From contig OZ024744.1 in assembly GCA_964016885.1 (NCBI GenBank), positions 12,524,001-12,588,000 on the forward strand: DNA of 64,000 nucleotides, in the 5' to 3' direction. This DNA comes from Eledone cirrhosa. Its lineage: Eukaryota. The position numbers and the translations under genes were made by a program. This document shows, piece after piece, positions 1-12,000 of this stretch. The notes below the pieces were generated by a model. The model was not told the origin of the DNA, did no database searches, and saw only the letters and a list, made by a program, of their open reading frames with translations. Each line of letters opens with the position of its first letter. The first letter of the stretch is position 1.

Positions 1-193
1 CATGACAGTAGTGTAGGTGGTAGTAGTGGTGTCATGACAGTAGTGTAGGGGGTAGTAGTGGTGTCATCACAATAGTGTAGGTGGTAGTAGTTGTGACATG
101 ACAGTAGTGTAGCTGGTAGTAGTGGTGACAGAGACAGTAGTGTAGGTGGTAGTAGTGGTGTCATGACAGTAGTGTAGGTGGTAGTAGTGGTGA

Positions 194-3100
194 CATTAAA
201 AGTAATGTAGGTGGTAGTAGTGGTGACATGACAGTAGTGTAGGTGGTAGTAGTGGTGACATGACAGTAGTGTAGGTGGTAGTAGTGGTGTCATGACAGCA
301 GTGTAGGTGGTAGTAGTGGTGACATGACAGTCGTGTAGGTGGTAGTAGTGGTGACATGACAGTAGTGTAGGTGGTAGTAGTGGTGACATGACAGTAGTGT
401 AGGTGGTAGTAGTGGTGACATGACTGTAGTGTAGGTGGTAGTAGTGGTGTCATGACAATAGTGTAGGTGGTAGTAGTGGTGTCATGACAGTAGCGTAGGT
501 AGTAGTAGTGGTGTCATGACAATAGTGTAGGTGGTAGTAGTGGTGTCATGACAATAGTGTAGGTGGTAGTAGTGGTGTCATGACAGTAGTGTAGGTAGCA
601 GTAGTGGTGTCATGACAATAGTGTAGGTGGTAGTAGTGGTGAAATGACAGTAGTATAGATGGTAGTAGTGGTGACATGACAGTAGTGTAGGTGGGAGTAG
701 TGGTGAGATGACAGTAGTGTAGGTGGTAGTAGTGGTGTCATGACAATAGTGTAGGTGGTAGTAGTGGTGTCATGACAATAGTGTAGGTGGTAGTAGTGGT
801 GAAATGACAGTAGTATAGGTGGTAGTAGTGGTGACATGACAGTAGTGTAGGTGGGAGTAGTGGTGACATGACAGTACTGTAGGTGGTAGTAGTAGTGTCA
901 TGACAGTAGTGTAGGTGGTAGTAGTGGTGTCATGACAGTAGTGTAGGTGGTAGTAGTGGTGACATGACAGTAGTGTAGGTGGCAGTAGTGGTGTCATGAC
1001 AGTAGTGTAGGTGGTAGTAGTGGTGTCATGACAATAGTGTCGGTGGTAGTAGTGGTGACATGATAGTAGTGTAGGTGGTAGTAGTGGTGACATGACAGTA
1101 GTGTAGGTGGTAGTAGTGGTGACATGACAGTAGTGTAGGTGGTAGTAGAGGTGTCATGACATTAGTGTAGGTGGTAGTAGTGGTGTCATGACAGTAGTGT
1201 AGGTGGTAGTAGTGGTGTCATGACAATAGTGTCGGTGGTAGTAGTGGTGACATGATAGAAGTGTAGGTGGTAGTAGTGGTGACATGACAGTAGTGTAGGT
1301 GGTAGTAGTGGTGACATGACAGTAGTGTAGGTGGTAGTAGTGGTGACATGACAGTAGTGTAGGTGGTAGTAGAGGTGTCATGACATTAGTGTAGGTGGTA
1401 GTAGTGGTGACATTAAAAGTAGTGTAGGTCGTAGTAGTGGTGACATGACAGTAGTGTAGGTGGTAGTAGTGGTGACATGACAGTAGTGTAGGTGGTAGTA
1501 GTGGTGACATGACGGTCGTGTAGGTGGTAGTAGTGGTGACATGACAGTAGTGTAGGTGGTAGTAGTGGTGACATGACAGTAGTGTAGGTGGTAGTAGTGG
1601 TGACATGACAGTAGTGTAGGTGGTAGTAGTGGTGACATGACTGTAGTGTAGGTGGTAGTAGTGGTGTCATGACAATAGTGTAGGTGGTAGTAGTGGTGTC
1701 ATGACAGTAGTGTAGGTAGTAGTAGTGGTGTCATGACAATAGTATAGGTGGTAGTAGTGGTGAAATGACAGTAGTATAGATGGTAGTAGTGGTGACATGA
1801 CAGTAGTGTAGGTGGGAGTAGTGGTGAGATGACAGTAGTGTAGGTGGTAGTAGTGGTGTCATGACAATAGTGTAGGTGGTAGTAGTGGTGTCATGCCAAT
1901 AGTGTAGGTGGTAGTAGTGGTGAAATGACAGTAGTGTAGGTGGTAGTAGTGGTGACATGACAGTAGTGTAGGTGGCAGTAGTGGTGACATGACAGTACTG
2001 TAGGTGGTAGTAGTAGTGTCATGACAGTAGTGTAGGTGGTAGTAGTGGTGTCATGACAGTAGTGTAGGTGGTAGTAGTGGTGACATCACAGTAGCGTAGG
2101 TGGTAGTAGTGGTGTCATGACAGTAGTGTAGGTGGTAGTAGTGGTGTCATGACAATAGTGTCGGTGGTAGTAGTGGTGACATGATAGTAGTGTAGATGGT
2201 AGTAGTGGTGACATGACAGTAGTGTAGGTGGTAGTCGTGGTGACATGACAGTAGTGTAGGTGGTAGTAGTGGTGTCATGACAGTAGTGTAGGTGGTAGTA
2301 GTGGTGACATTAAAAGTAGTGTAGGTGGTAGTAGTGGTGACATGACAGTAGTGTAGGTGGTAGTAGTGGTGTCATGACAGCAGTGTCGGTGGTAGTAGTG
2401 GTGACATGACAGTCGTGTAGGTGGTAGTAGTGGTGACATGACAGTAGTGTAGGTGGTAGTAGTGGTGACATGACAGTAGTGTAGGTGGTAGTAGTGGTGA
2501 CATGACTGTAGTGTAGGTGGTAGTAGTGGTGTCATGACAATAGTGTAGGTGGTAGTAGTGGTGTCATGACAGTAGTGTAGGTAGTAGTAGTGGTGTCATG
2601 ACAGTAGTGTAGGTAGTAGTAGTGGTGTCATGACAATAGTGTAGGTGGTAGTAGTGGTGTCATGACAATAGTGTAGGTGGTAGTAGTGGTGTCATGACAG
2701 TAGTGTAGGTAGTAGTAGTGGTGTCATGACAATAGTGTAGGTGGTAGTAGTGGTGAAATGACAGTAGTATAGATGGTAGTAGTGGTGACATGACAGTAGT
2801 GTAGGTGGGAGTAGTGGTGAGATGACAGTAGTGTAGGTGGTAGTAGTGGTGTCATGACAATAGTGTAGGTGGTAGTAGTGGTGTCATGACAATAGTGTAG
2901 GTGGTAGTAGTGGTGAAATGACAGTAGTATAGGTGGTAGTAGTGGTGACATGACAGTAGTGTAGGTGGGAGTAGTAGTGACATGACAGTACTGTAGGTGG
3001 TAGTAGTAGTGTCATGACAGTAGTGTAGGTGGTAGTAGTGGTGTCATGACAGTAGTGTAGGTGGTAGTAGTGGTGACATGACAGTAGCGTAGGTGGTAGT

Positions 3101-3900
3101 AGTGGTGTCATGACAGTAGTGTAGGTGGTAGTAGTGGTGTCATGACAATAGTGTCGGTGGTAGTAGTGGTGACATGATAGTAGTGTAGGTGGTAGTAGTG
3201 GTGACATGACAGTAGTGTAGGTGGTAGTAGTGGTGACATGACAGTAGTGTAGGTGGTAGTAGTGGTGTCATGACAGTAGTGTAGGTGGTAGTAGTGGTGA
3301 CATTAAAAGTAGTGTAGGTGGTAGTAGTGGTGACATGACAGCAGTGTAGGTGGTAGTAGTGGTGACATGACAGTCGTGTAGGTGGTAGTAGTGGTGACAT
3401 GACAGTAGTGTAGGTGGTAGTAGTGGTGACATGACAGTAGTGTAGGTGGTAGTAGTGGTGACATGACTGTAGTGTAGGTGGTAGTAGTGGTGTCATGACA
3501 ATAGTGTAGGTGGTAGTAGTGGTGTCATGACAGTAGTGTAGGTAGTAGTAGTGGTGTCATGACAATAGTGTAGGTGCTAGTAGTGGTGAAATGACAGTAG
3601 TATAGGTGGTAGTAGTGGTGACATGACAGTAGTGTAGGTGGGAGTAGTGGTGACATGACAGTAGTGTAGGTGGTAGTAGTGGTGTCATGACAATAGTGTA
3701 GGTGGTAGTAGTGGTGTCATGACAATAGTGTAGGTGGTAGTAGTGGTGAAATGACAGTAGTATAGGTGGTAGTAGTGGTGACATGACAGTAGTGTAGGTG
3801 GGAGTAGTGGTGACATGACAGTACTGTAGGTGGTAGTAGTAGTGTCATGACAGTAGTGTAGGTGGTAGTAGTGGTGTCATGACAGTAGTGTAGGTGGTAG
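194..3900 (+). repeat. ~1-kb higher-order repeat with variable monomer count, about 3.6 copies
   Basis: The 33-bp variant CATTAAAAGT starts at 194, 1411, 2308 and 3301. Spacings of 1217, 897 and 993 equal 38, 28 and 31 x 32 + 1. The same variant order follows each (GTCGTG, GACTGT, GTAGTAGTAG, GAAATG, GGGAG, TACTGT). Confidence 0.85.
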
Positions 3901-4759
3901 TACTGGTGATATGACAGTAGTGTAGGTGGTAGTAGTGATGACATGACAGTAGTGTAGGGGGTAGTAGTGGTGTCATGACAGTAGTGTAGGTGGTAGTAGT
4001 GGTGTCATGACTGTAGTATAGGTGGTAGTAGTGGTGTCATGACAGTAGTGGTGACATGACAGTAGTGTAGGTGGTAGTAGTGGTGATCTGACAATAGTGT
4101 AGGTGGTAGTAGTGGTGACATGACAGTACTGTAGGTGGTAGTAGTGGTGACATGACAGTAGTGTAGGTGGTAGTAGTGGTGTCATGACAGTAGTGTATGT
4201 GGTAGTAGTGGTGACATGACAGTAGTGTAGTTGGTAGTAGTGGTGACATGACAGTAGTGTAGGTGGTAGTAGTGGTGACATGACAGTAATGTAGGTGGTA
4301 ATAGTGGTGACATGACAGTAGTGTAGGTGGTAGTAGTGGTGTCATGACTGTAGTGTAGGTGGTAGTAGTGGTGACATAACAGTAGTGTAGGTTGTAGTAG
4401 TGGTGACATGACAGTAGTGTAGGTGGTAGTAGTGGTGACATGACAGTAGTGTAGGTGGTAGTAGTGATGACATGACAGTGGTGTAGGTGGTAATAGTGGT
4501 GACATGACAGTAGTGTAGGTGGTAGTAGTGTGTCATGACAGTAGTGTAGGTGGTAGTAGTGGTGACATAACAGTAGTGTAGGTGGTAGTAGTGGTGACAT
4601 GACAGTAGTGTAGGTGGTAGTAGTGGTGACATGACAGTAGTGTAGGTGTTAGTAGTGGTGACATGACAGTAGTGTAGGTGGTAGTACAGGTGTCATCACA
4701 ATAGTGTAGGTGGTAGTAGTGGTGACATGACAGTAGTGTAGCTGGTAGTAGTGGTCACA

Positions 4760-7700
4760 TGACAGTAGTGTAGGTGGTAGTAATGGTGTCATGACAGTAG
4801 TGTAGGTGGTAGTAATGGTGTCATGACAGTAGTGTAGGTGGTAGTATTGGTGTCATGACAGTAGTGTAGGTGGTAGTAGTGGTGACATGACGGTAGTGTA
4901 GGTGGTAGTAGTGGTGACATGACAGTAGTGTAGGTGGTAGTACTGGTATCATGACAATAGTGTAGGTGGTAGTAGTGGTGACATGACAGTAGTGTAGGTG
5001 TTAGTAGTGATTACAAGACAGTAGTGTAGGTGGTAGTACTGGTGACATGACAGTAGTGTAGGTGGTAGTAGTGGTATCATAACAGTAGTGTAGGTGGTAG
5101 TAGTGGTGACATGACAGTAGTGTAGGTGGTAGTAGTCGTATCATAACAGTAGTGTAGGTGGTAGCAGTGGTGTCATGACAGTAGTGTAGGTGGTAGTAGT
5201 GGTGTCATAACAGTAGTGTAGGTTGTAGTAGTGGTGACATGACAGTAGTGTATGTGGTAGTAGTGGTATCATAAAAGTAGTGTAGGTGGTAGTAGTTTGT
5301 GACATGACGGTAGTGAAGGTGGAAGTAGTGGTGTGATAACAGTAGTGTAGGTGCTAGTAGTAGTGACATGACAGTAGTGTAGGTGGTAGTAGTGGTGTGA
5401 TAACAGTAGTGTAGGTGGTAGTAGTGGTGACAGAATAGTAGTGTAGGTGGTAGGAGGGTGACATGACAGTAGTGTAGGTGGTAGTAGTGGTGTCATGACA
5501 ATAGTGTCGGTGGTAGTAGTGGTGACATGACAGTAGTGTAGGCAGTAGTAGTGGTGACATGACAGTAGTGTAGGTGGTAGTAGTAGTGTCATGACAGTAG
5601 TGTAGGTGGTAGTAGTGGTGTCATGACAGTAGTGTAGGTGGTAGTAGTGGTGACATGACAGTAGTGTAGGTGGCAGTAGTGGTGTCATGACAGTAGTGTA
5701 GGTGGTAGTAGTGGTGTCATGACAATAGTGTCGGTGGTAGTAGTGGTGACATGATAGTAGTGTAGGTGGTAGTAGTGGTGACACGACAGTAGTGTAGGTG
5801 GTAGTAGTGGTGACATGACAGTAGTGTAGGTGGTAGTAGTGGTGTCATGACAGTAGTGTAGGTGGTAGTAGTGGTGACATTAAAAGTAGTGTAGGTGGTA
5901 GTAGTGGTGACATGACAGTAGTGTAGGTGGTAGTAGTGGTGACATGACAGTAGTGTAGGTGGTAGTAGTGGTGACATGACAGCAGTGTAGGTGGTAGTAG
6001 TGGTGACATGACAGTCGTGTAGGTGGTAGTAGTGGTGACATGACAGTAGTGTAGGTGGTAGTAGTGGTGACATGACAGTAGTGTAGGTGGTAGTAGTGGT
6101 GACATGACTGTAGTGTTGGTGGTAGTAGTGGTGTCATGACAATAGTGTAGGTGGTAGTAGTGGTGTCATGACAGTAGTGTAGGTAGTAGTAGTGGTGTCA
6201 TGACAATAGTGTAGGTGGTAGTAGTGGTGAAATGACAATAGTATAGATGGTAGTAGTGGTGACATGACAGTAGTGTAGGTGGGAGTAGTGGTGAGATGAC
6301 AGTAGTGTAGGTGGTAGTAGTAGTGTCATGACAATAGTGTAGGTGGTAGTAGTGGTGTCATGACAATAGTGTAGGTGGTAGTAGTGGTGAAATGACAGTA
6401 GTATAGGTGGTAGTAGTGGTGACATGACAGTAGTGTAGGTGGGAGTAGTGGTGACATGACAGTACTGTAGGTGGTAGTAGTAGTGTCATGACAGTAGTGT
6501 AGGTGGTAGTAGTGGTGTCATGACAGTAGTGTAGGTGGTAGTACTGGTGATATGACAGTAGTGTAGGTGGTAGTAGTGGTGTCATGACTGTAGTATAGGT
6601 GGTAGTAGTGGTGTCATGACAGTAGAGGTGACATGACAGTAGTGTAGGTGGTAGTAGTGGTGACCTGACAATAGTGTAGGTGGTAGTAGTGGTGACATGA
6701 CAGTACTGTAGGTGGTAGTAGTGGTGACATGACAGTAGTGTAGGTGGTAGTAGTGGTGTCATGACAGTAGTGTATGTGGTAGTAGTGGTGACATGACAGT
6801 AGTGTAGTTGGTAGTAGTGGTGACATGACAGTAGTGTAGGTGGTAGTAGTGGTGACATGACAGTAGTGTAGTGGTTAGTAGGGGTGACATGACAGTAGTG
6901 TAGGTGGTAGTAGTGGTGTCATGACAGTAGTGTAGGTGGTAGTAGTGGTGACATGACAGTAGTGTAGGTGGTAGTAATGGTGTCATGACAGTAGTGTAGG
7001 TGGTAGTAATGGTGTCATGACAGTAGTGTAGGTGGTAGTATTGGTGTCATGACAGTAGTGTAGGTGGTAGTAGTGGTGACATGACGGTAGTGTAGGTGGT
7101 AGTAGTGGTGACATGACAGTAGTGTAGGTGGTAGTACTGGTATCATGACAATAGTGTAGGTGGTAGTAGTGGTGACATGACAGTAGTGTAGGTGTTAGTA
7201 GTGATTACAAGACAGTAGTGTAGGTGGTAGTACTGGTGACATGACAGTAGTGTAGGTGGTAGTAGTGGTATCATAACAGTAGTGTAGGTGGTAGTAGTGG
7301 TGACATGACAGTAGTGTAGGTGGTAGTAGTGGTATCATAACAGTAGTGTAGGTTGTAGTAGTGGTGACATGACAGTAGTGTATGTGGTAGTAGTGGTATC
7401 ATAAAAGTAGTGTAGGTGGTAGTAGTTTGTGACATGACGGTAGTGAAGGTGGAAGTAGTGGTGTGATAACAGTATTGTAGGTGCTAGTAGTAGTGACATG
7501 ACAGTAGTGTAGGTGGTAGTAGTGGTGTGATAACAGTAGTGTAGGTGGTAGTAGTGGTGACAGAATAGTAGTGTAGGTGGTAGGAGGGTGACATGACAGT
7601 AGTGTAGGTGGTAGTAGTGGTGTCATGACAATAGTGTCGGTGGTAGTAGTGGTGACATGACAGTAGTGTAGGCAGTAGTAGTGGTGACATGACAGTAGTG

Positions 7701-9080
7701 TAGGTGGTAGTAGTAGTGTCATGACAGTAGTGTAGGTGGTAGTAGTGGTGTCATGACAGTAGTGTAGGTGGTAGTAGTGGTGACATGACAGTAGTGTAGG
7801 TGGCAGTAGTGGTGTCATGACAGTAGTGTAGGTGGTAGTAGTGGTGTCATGACAATAGTGTCGGTGGTAGTAGTGGTGACATGATAGTAGTGTAGGTGGT
7901 AGTAGTGGTGACATGACAGTAGTGTAGGTGGTAGTAGTGGTGACATGACAGTAGTGTAGGTGGTAGTAGTGGTGTCATGACAGTAGTGTAGGTGGTAGTA
8001 GTGGTGACATTAAAAGTAGTGTAGGTGGTAGTAGTGGTGACATGACAGTAGTGTAGGTGGTAGTAGTGGTGACATGACAGTAGTGTAGGTGGTAGTAGTG
8101 GTGACATGACAGCAGTGTAGGTGGTAGTAGTGGTGACATGACAGTCGTGTAGGTGGTAGTAGTGGTGACATGACAGTAGTGTAGGTGGTAGTAGTGGTGA
8201 CATGACAGTAGTGTAGGTGGTAGTAGTGGTGACATGACTGTAGTGTAGGTGGTAGTAGTGGTGTCATGACAATAGTGTAGGTGGTAGTAGTGGTGTCATG
8301 ACAGTAGTGTAGGTAGTAGTAGTGGTGTCATGACAATAGTGTAGGTGGTAGTAGTGGTGAAATGACAGTAGTATAGATGGTAGTAGTGGTGACATGACAG
8401 TAGTGTAGGTGGGAGTAGTGGTGAGATGACAGTAGTGTAGGTGGTAGTAGTAGTGTCATGACAATAGTGTAGGTGGTAGTAGTGGTGTCATGACAATAGT
8501 GTAGGTGGTAGTAGTGGTGAAATGACAGTAGTATAGGTGGTAGTAGTGGTGACATGACAGTAGTGTAGGTGGGAGTAGTGGTGACATGACAGTACTGTAG
8601 GTGGTAGTAGTAGTGTCATGACAGTAGTGTAGGTGGTAGTAGTGGTGTCATGACAGTAGTGTAGGTGGTAGTACTGGTGATATGACAGTAGTGTAGGTGG
8701 TAGTAGTGGTGTCATGACTGTAGTATAGGTGGTAGTAGTGGTGTCATGACAGTAGTGGTGACATGACAGTAGTGTAGGTGGTAGTAGTGGTGACCTGACA
8801 ATAGTGTAGGTGGTAGTAGTGGTGACATGACAGTACTGTAGGTGGTAGTAGTGGTGACATGACAGTAGTGTAGGTGGTAGTAGTGGTGTCATGACAGTAG
8901 TGTATGTGGTAGTAGTGGTGACATGACAGTAGTGTAGTTGGTAGTAGTGGTGACATGACAGTAGTGTAGGTGGTAGTAGTGGTGACATGACAGTAGTGTA
9001 GTTGGTAGTAGGGGTGACATGACAGTAGTGTAGGTGGTAGTAGTGGTGTCATGACAGTAGTGTAGGTGGTAGTAGTGGTG
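4760..9080 (+). repeat. Tandem duplication, period 2,130-2,194 bp (67-69 monomers), 2 copies
   Basis: Near-identical ORF pairs at offset 2130 (5269/7399, 5354/7484, 5717/7847, 6198/8328, 6358/8488). 2130 = 67x32 - 14, matching the visible indels (+1,-1,+1,-15). The offset is 2194 at the left end (TAATGG at 4781/6975), i.e. a 2-monomer difference. Confidence 0.9.
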
Positions 9081-12000
9081 ACATGACAGTAGTGTAGGTG
9101 GTAGTAGTGGTGACATGACAGTACTGTAGGTGGTAGTAGTGGTGACATGACAGTAGTGTAGGTGGTAGTAGTGGTGTCATGACAGTAGTGTATGTGGTAG
9201 TAGTGGTGACATGACAGTAGTGTAGTTGGTAGTAGTGGTGACATGACAGTACTGTAGGTGGTAGTAGTGGTGTCATGACAGTACTGTAGGTGGTAGTAGT
9301 GGTGTCATGACAATAGAGTATGTGGTAGTAGTGGTGACATGACAGTAGTGTAGTTGGTAGTAGTGGTGACATGACAGTAGTGTAGGTGGTAGTAGTGGTG
9401 ACATGACAGTAGTGTAGTTGGTAGTAGGGGTGACATGACAGTAGTGTAGGTGGTAGTAGTGGTGTCATGACAGTAGTGTAGGTGGTAGTAGTGGTGACAT
9501 GACAGTAGTGTAGGTGGTAGTAGTGGTGACATGACAGTACTGTAGGTGGTAGTAGTGGTGACATGACAGTAGTGTAGGTGGTAGTAGTGGTGACATGACA
9601 GTAGTGTAGGGGGTAGTAGTGGTGTCATGACAGTAGTGTAGGTGGTAGTAGTGGTGTCATGACTGTAGTATAGGTGGTAGTAGTGGTGTCATGACAGTAG
9701 TGGTGACATGACAGTAGTGTAGGTGGTAGTAGTGGTGACCTGACAATAGTGTAGGAGGTAGTAGTGGTGACATGACAGTACTGTAGGTGGTAGTAGCGGT
9801 GACATGACAGTAGTGTAGGTGGTAGTAGTGGTGTCATGACAGTAGTGTATGTGGTAGTAGTGGTGACATGACAGTAGTGTAGTTGGTAGTAGTGGTGACA
9901 TGACAGTAGTGTAGGTGGTAGTAGTGGTGACATGACAGTAGTGTAGTTGGTAGTAGGGGTGACATGACAGTAGTGTAGGTGGTAGTAGTGGTGTCATGAC
10001 AGTAGTGTAGGTGGTAGTAGTGGTGACATGACAGTAGTGTAGGTGGTAGTAGTGGTGACATGACAGTACTGTAGGTGGTAGTAGTGGTGACATGAGAGTA
10101 GTGTAGGTGGTAGTAGTGGTGTCATGACAGTAGTGTATGTGGTAGTAGTGGTGACATGACAGTAGTGTAGTTGGTAGTAGTGGTGTCATGACAGTAGTGT
10201 ATGTGGTAGTAGTGGTGACATGACAGTAGTGTAGGTGGTAGTAGTGGTGTCATGACAGTAGTGTATGTGGTAGTAGTGGTGACATGACAGTAGTGTAGGT
10301 GGTAGTAGTGGTGACATGACAATACTGTAGGTGGTAGTAGTGGTGTCATGACAGTACTGTAGGTGGTAGTAGTGGTGTCATGACAATAGTGTAGGTGGTA
10401 GTAGTGGTGAGATGACAGTAGTGTAGGTGGTAGTAGGGGTGACATGACAGTAGTGTAGGTGGTAGTAGTGGTGTCATGACAGTAGTGTAGGTGGTAGAGG
10501 TGGTGACATGACGGTAGTGTAGGTGGTAGTAGTGGTGACATGACAGTAGTGTAGGTGGTAGTACTGGTATCATGACAATAGTGTGGGTGGTAGTAGTGGT
10601 GACATAACAGTAGCGTAGGTGGTAGTAGTGGTGTCATGACAGTAGTGTAGGTGGTAGTAGTGGTGACATGACAGTAGTGTAGGTGTTAGTAGTGATTACA
10701 AGACAGTAGTGTAGGTCGTAGTACTGGTGACATGACAGTAGTGTAGGTGGTAGTAGTGGTATCATAACAGTAGTGTAGGTGGTAGTAGTGGTGACATGAC
10801 AGTAGTGTAGGTGGTAGTAGTCGTATCATAACAGTAGTGTAGGTGGTAGTAGTAGTGTCATGACAGTAGTGTAGGTGGTAGTAGTGGTGTCATGACAGTA
10901 GTGTAGGTGGTAATACCGGTGATATGACAGTAGTGTAGGTGGTAGTAGTGATGACATGAAAGTAGTGTAGGGGGTAGTAGTGGTGTCATGACAGTAGTGT
11001 AGGTGGTAGTAGTGGTGTCATGACTGTAGTATAAGTGGTAGTAGTGGTGTCATGACAGTAGTGGTGACATTACAGTAGTGTAGGTGGTAGTAGTGGTGAT
11101 CTGACAATAGTGTAGGTGGTAGTAGTGGTGACATGACAGTACTGTAGGTGGTAGTAGTGGTGACATGACAGTAGTGTAGGTGGTAGTAGTGGTGTCATGA
11201 CAGTAGTGTATGTGGTAGTAGTGGTGACATGAAAGTACTGTAGGTGGTAGTAGTGGTGACATGACAGTGGTGTAGGTGGTAGTAGTGGTGACATGACAGT
11301 AGTGTATGTGGTAGTAGTGGTGACATGACAGTACTGTAGGTGGTAGTAGTGGTGACATGACAGTGGTGTAGGTGGTAGTAGTGGTGACATGACAGTGGTG
11401 TAGGTGGTAGTAGTGGTGACATGACAGTAGTGTAGTTGGTAGTAGTGGTGACATGACAGTAGTGTAGGTGGTAGTAGTGGTGACATGACAGTGGTGTAGG
11501 TGGTAATAGTGGTGACATGACAGTGGTGTAGGTGGTAGTAGTGGTGACATGACGGTAGTGTAAGTGGTAGTAGTGGTGACATGACAGTAGTGTAGGTGGT
11601 AGTAGTGGTGACATGACGGTAGTGTAAGTGGTAGTAATGGTGACATGACAGTAGTGTAGGTGGTAGTAGTGGTGATATGACAGTAGTGTAGGTGGTAGTA
11701 GTGGTGACAACAGTAGTGTAGGTGGTAGTAGTTGTGTCATGATAGTGGTGTGTGTGGTAGTAGTGGTCTCATGACAGTAGTGTAGGTGGTAGTAGTGTTG
11801 ATATGACAGTAGTGTCGGTGGTAGTAGTGGTAGTAGTGGTGACATGACAGTACTGTAGGTTGTTGTAGTGGTGTCATGACAGTAGGGTAGGTGGTAGTAG
11901 TGGTGACATGACAGTGGTGTAGGTGGTAGTAGTGGTGACATGACAGTAGTGTAGGTGGTAGTAGTGGTGACATGACGGTAGTGTAAGTGGTAGTAATGGT

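Noticed and set aside
5005-5020. Divergent-looking patches (GATTACAAGAC, CATTAAAAG, GACAGAATAG, GTATTGAGG) as insertions or transposon footprints
   Set aside because: Each aligns within a single monomer as 2-4 substitutions with at most a 1-bp indel. No foreign sequence or target-site duplication is present.
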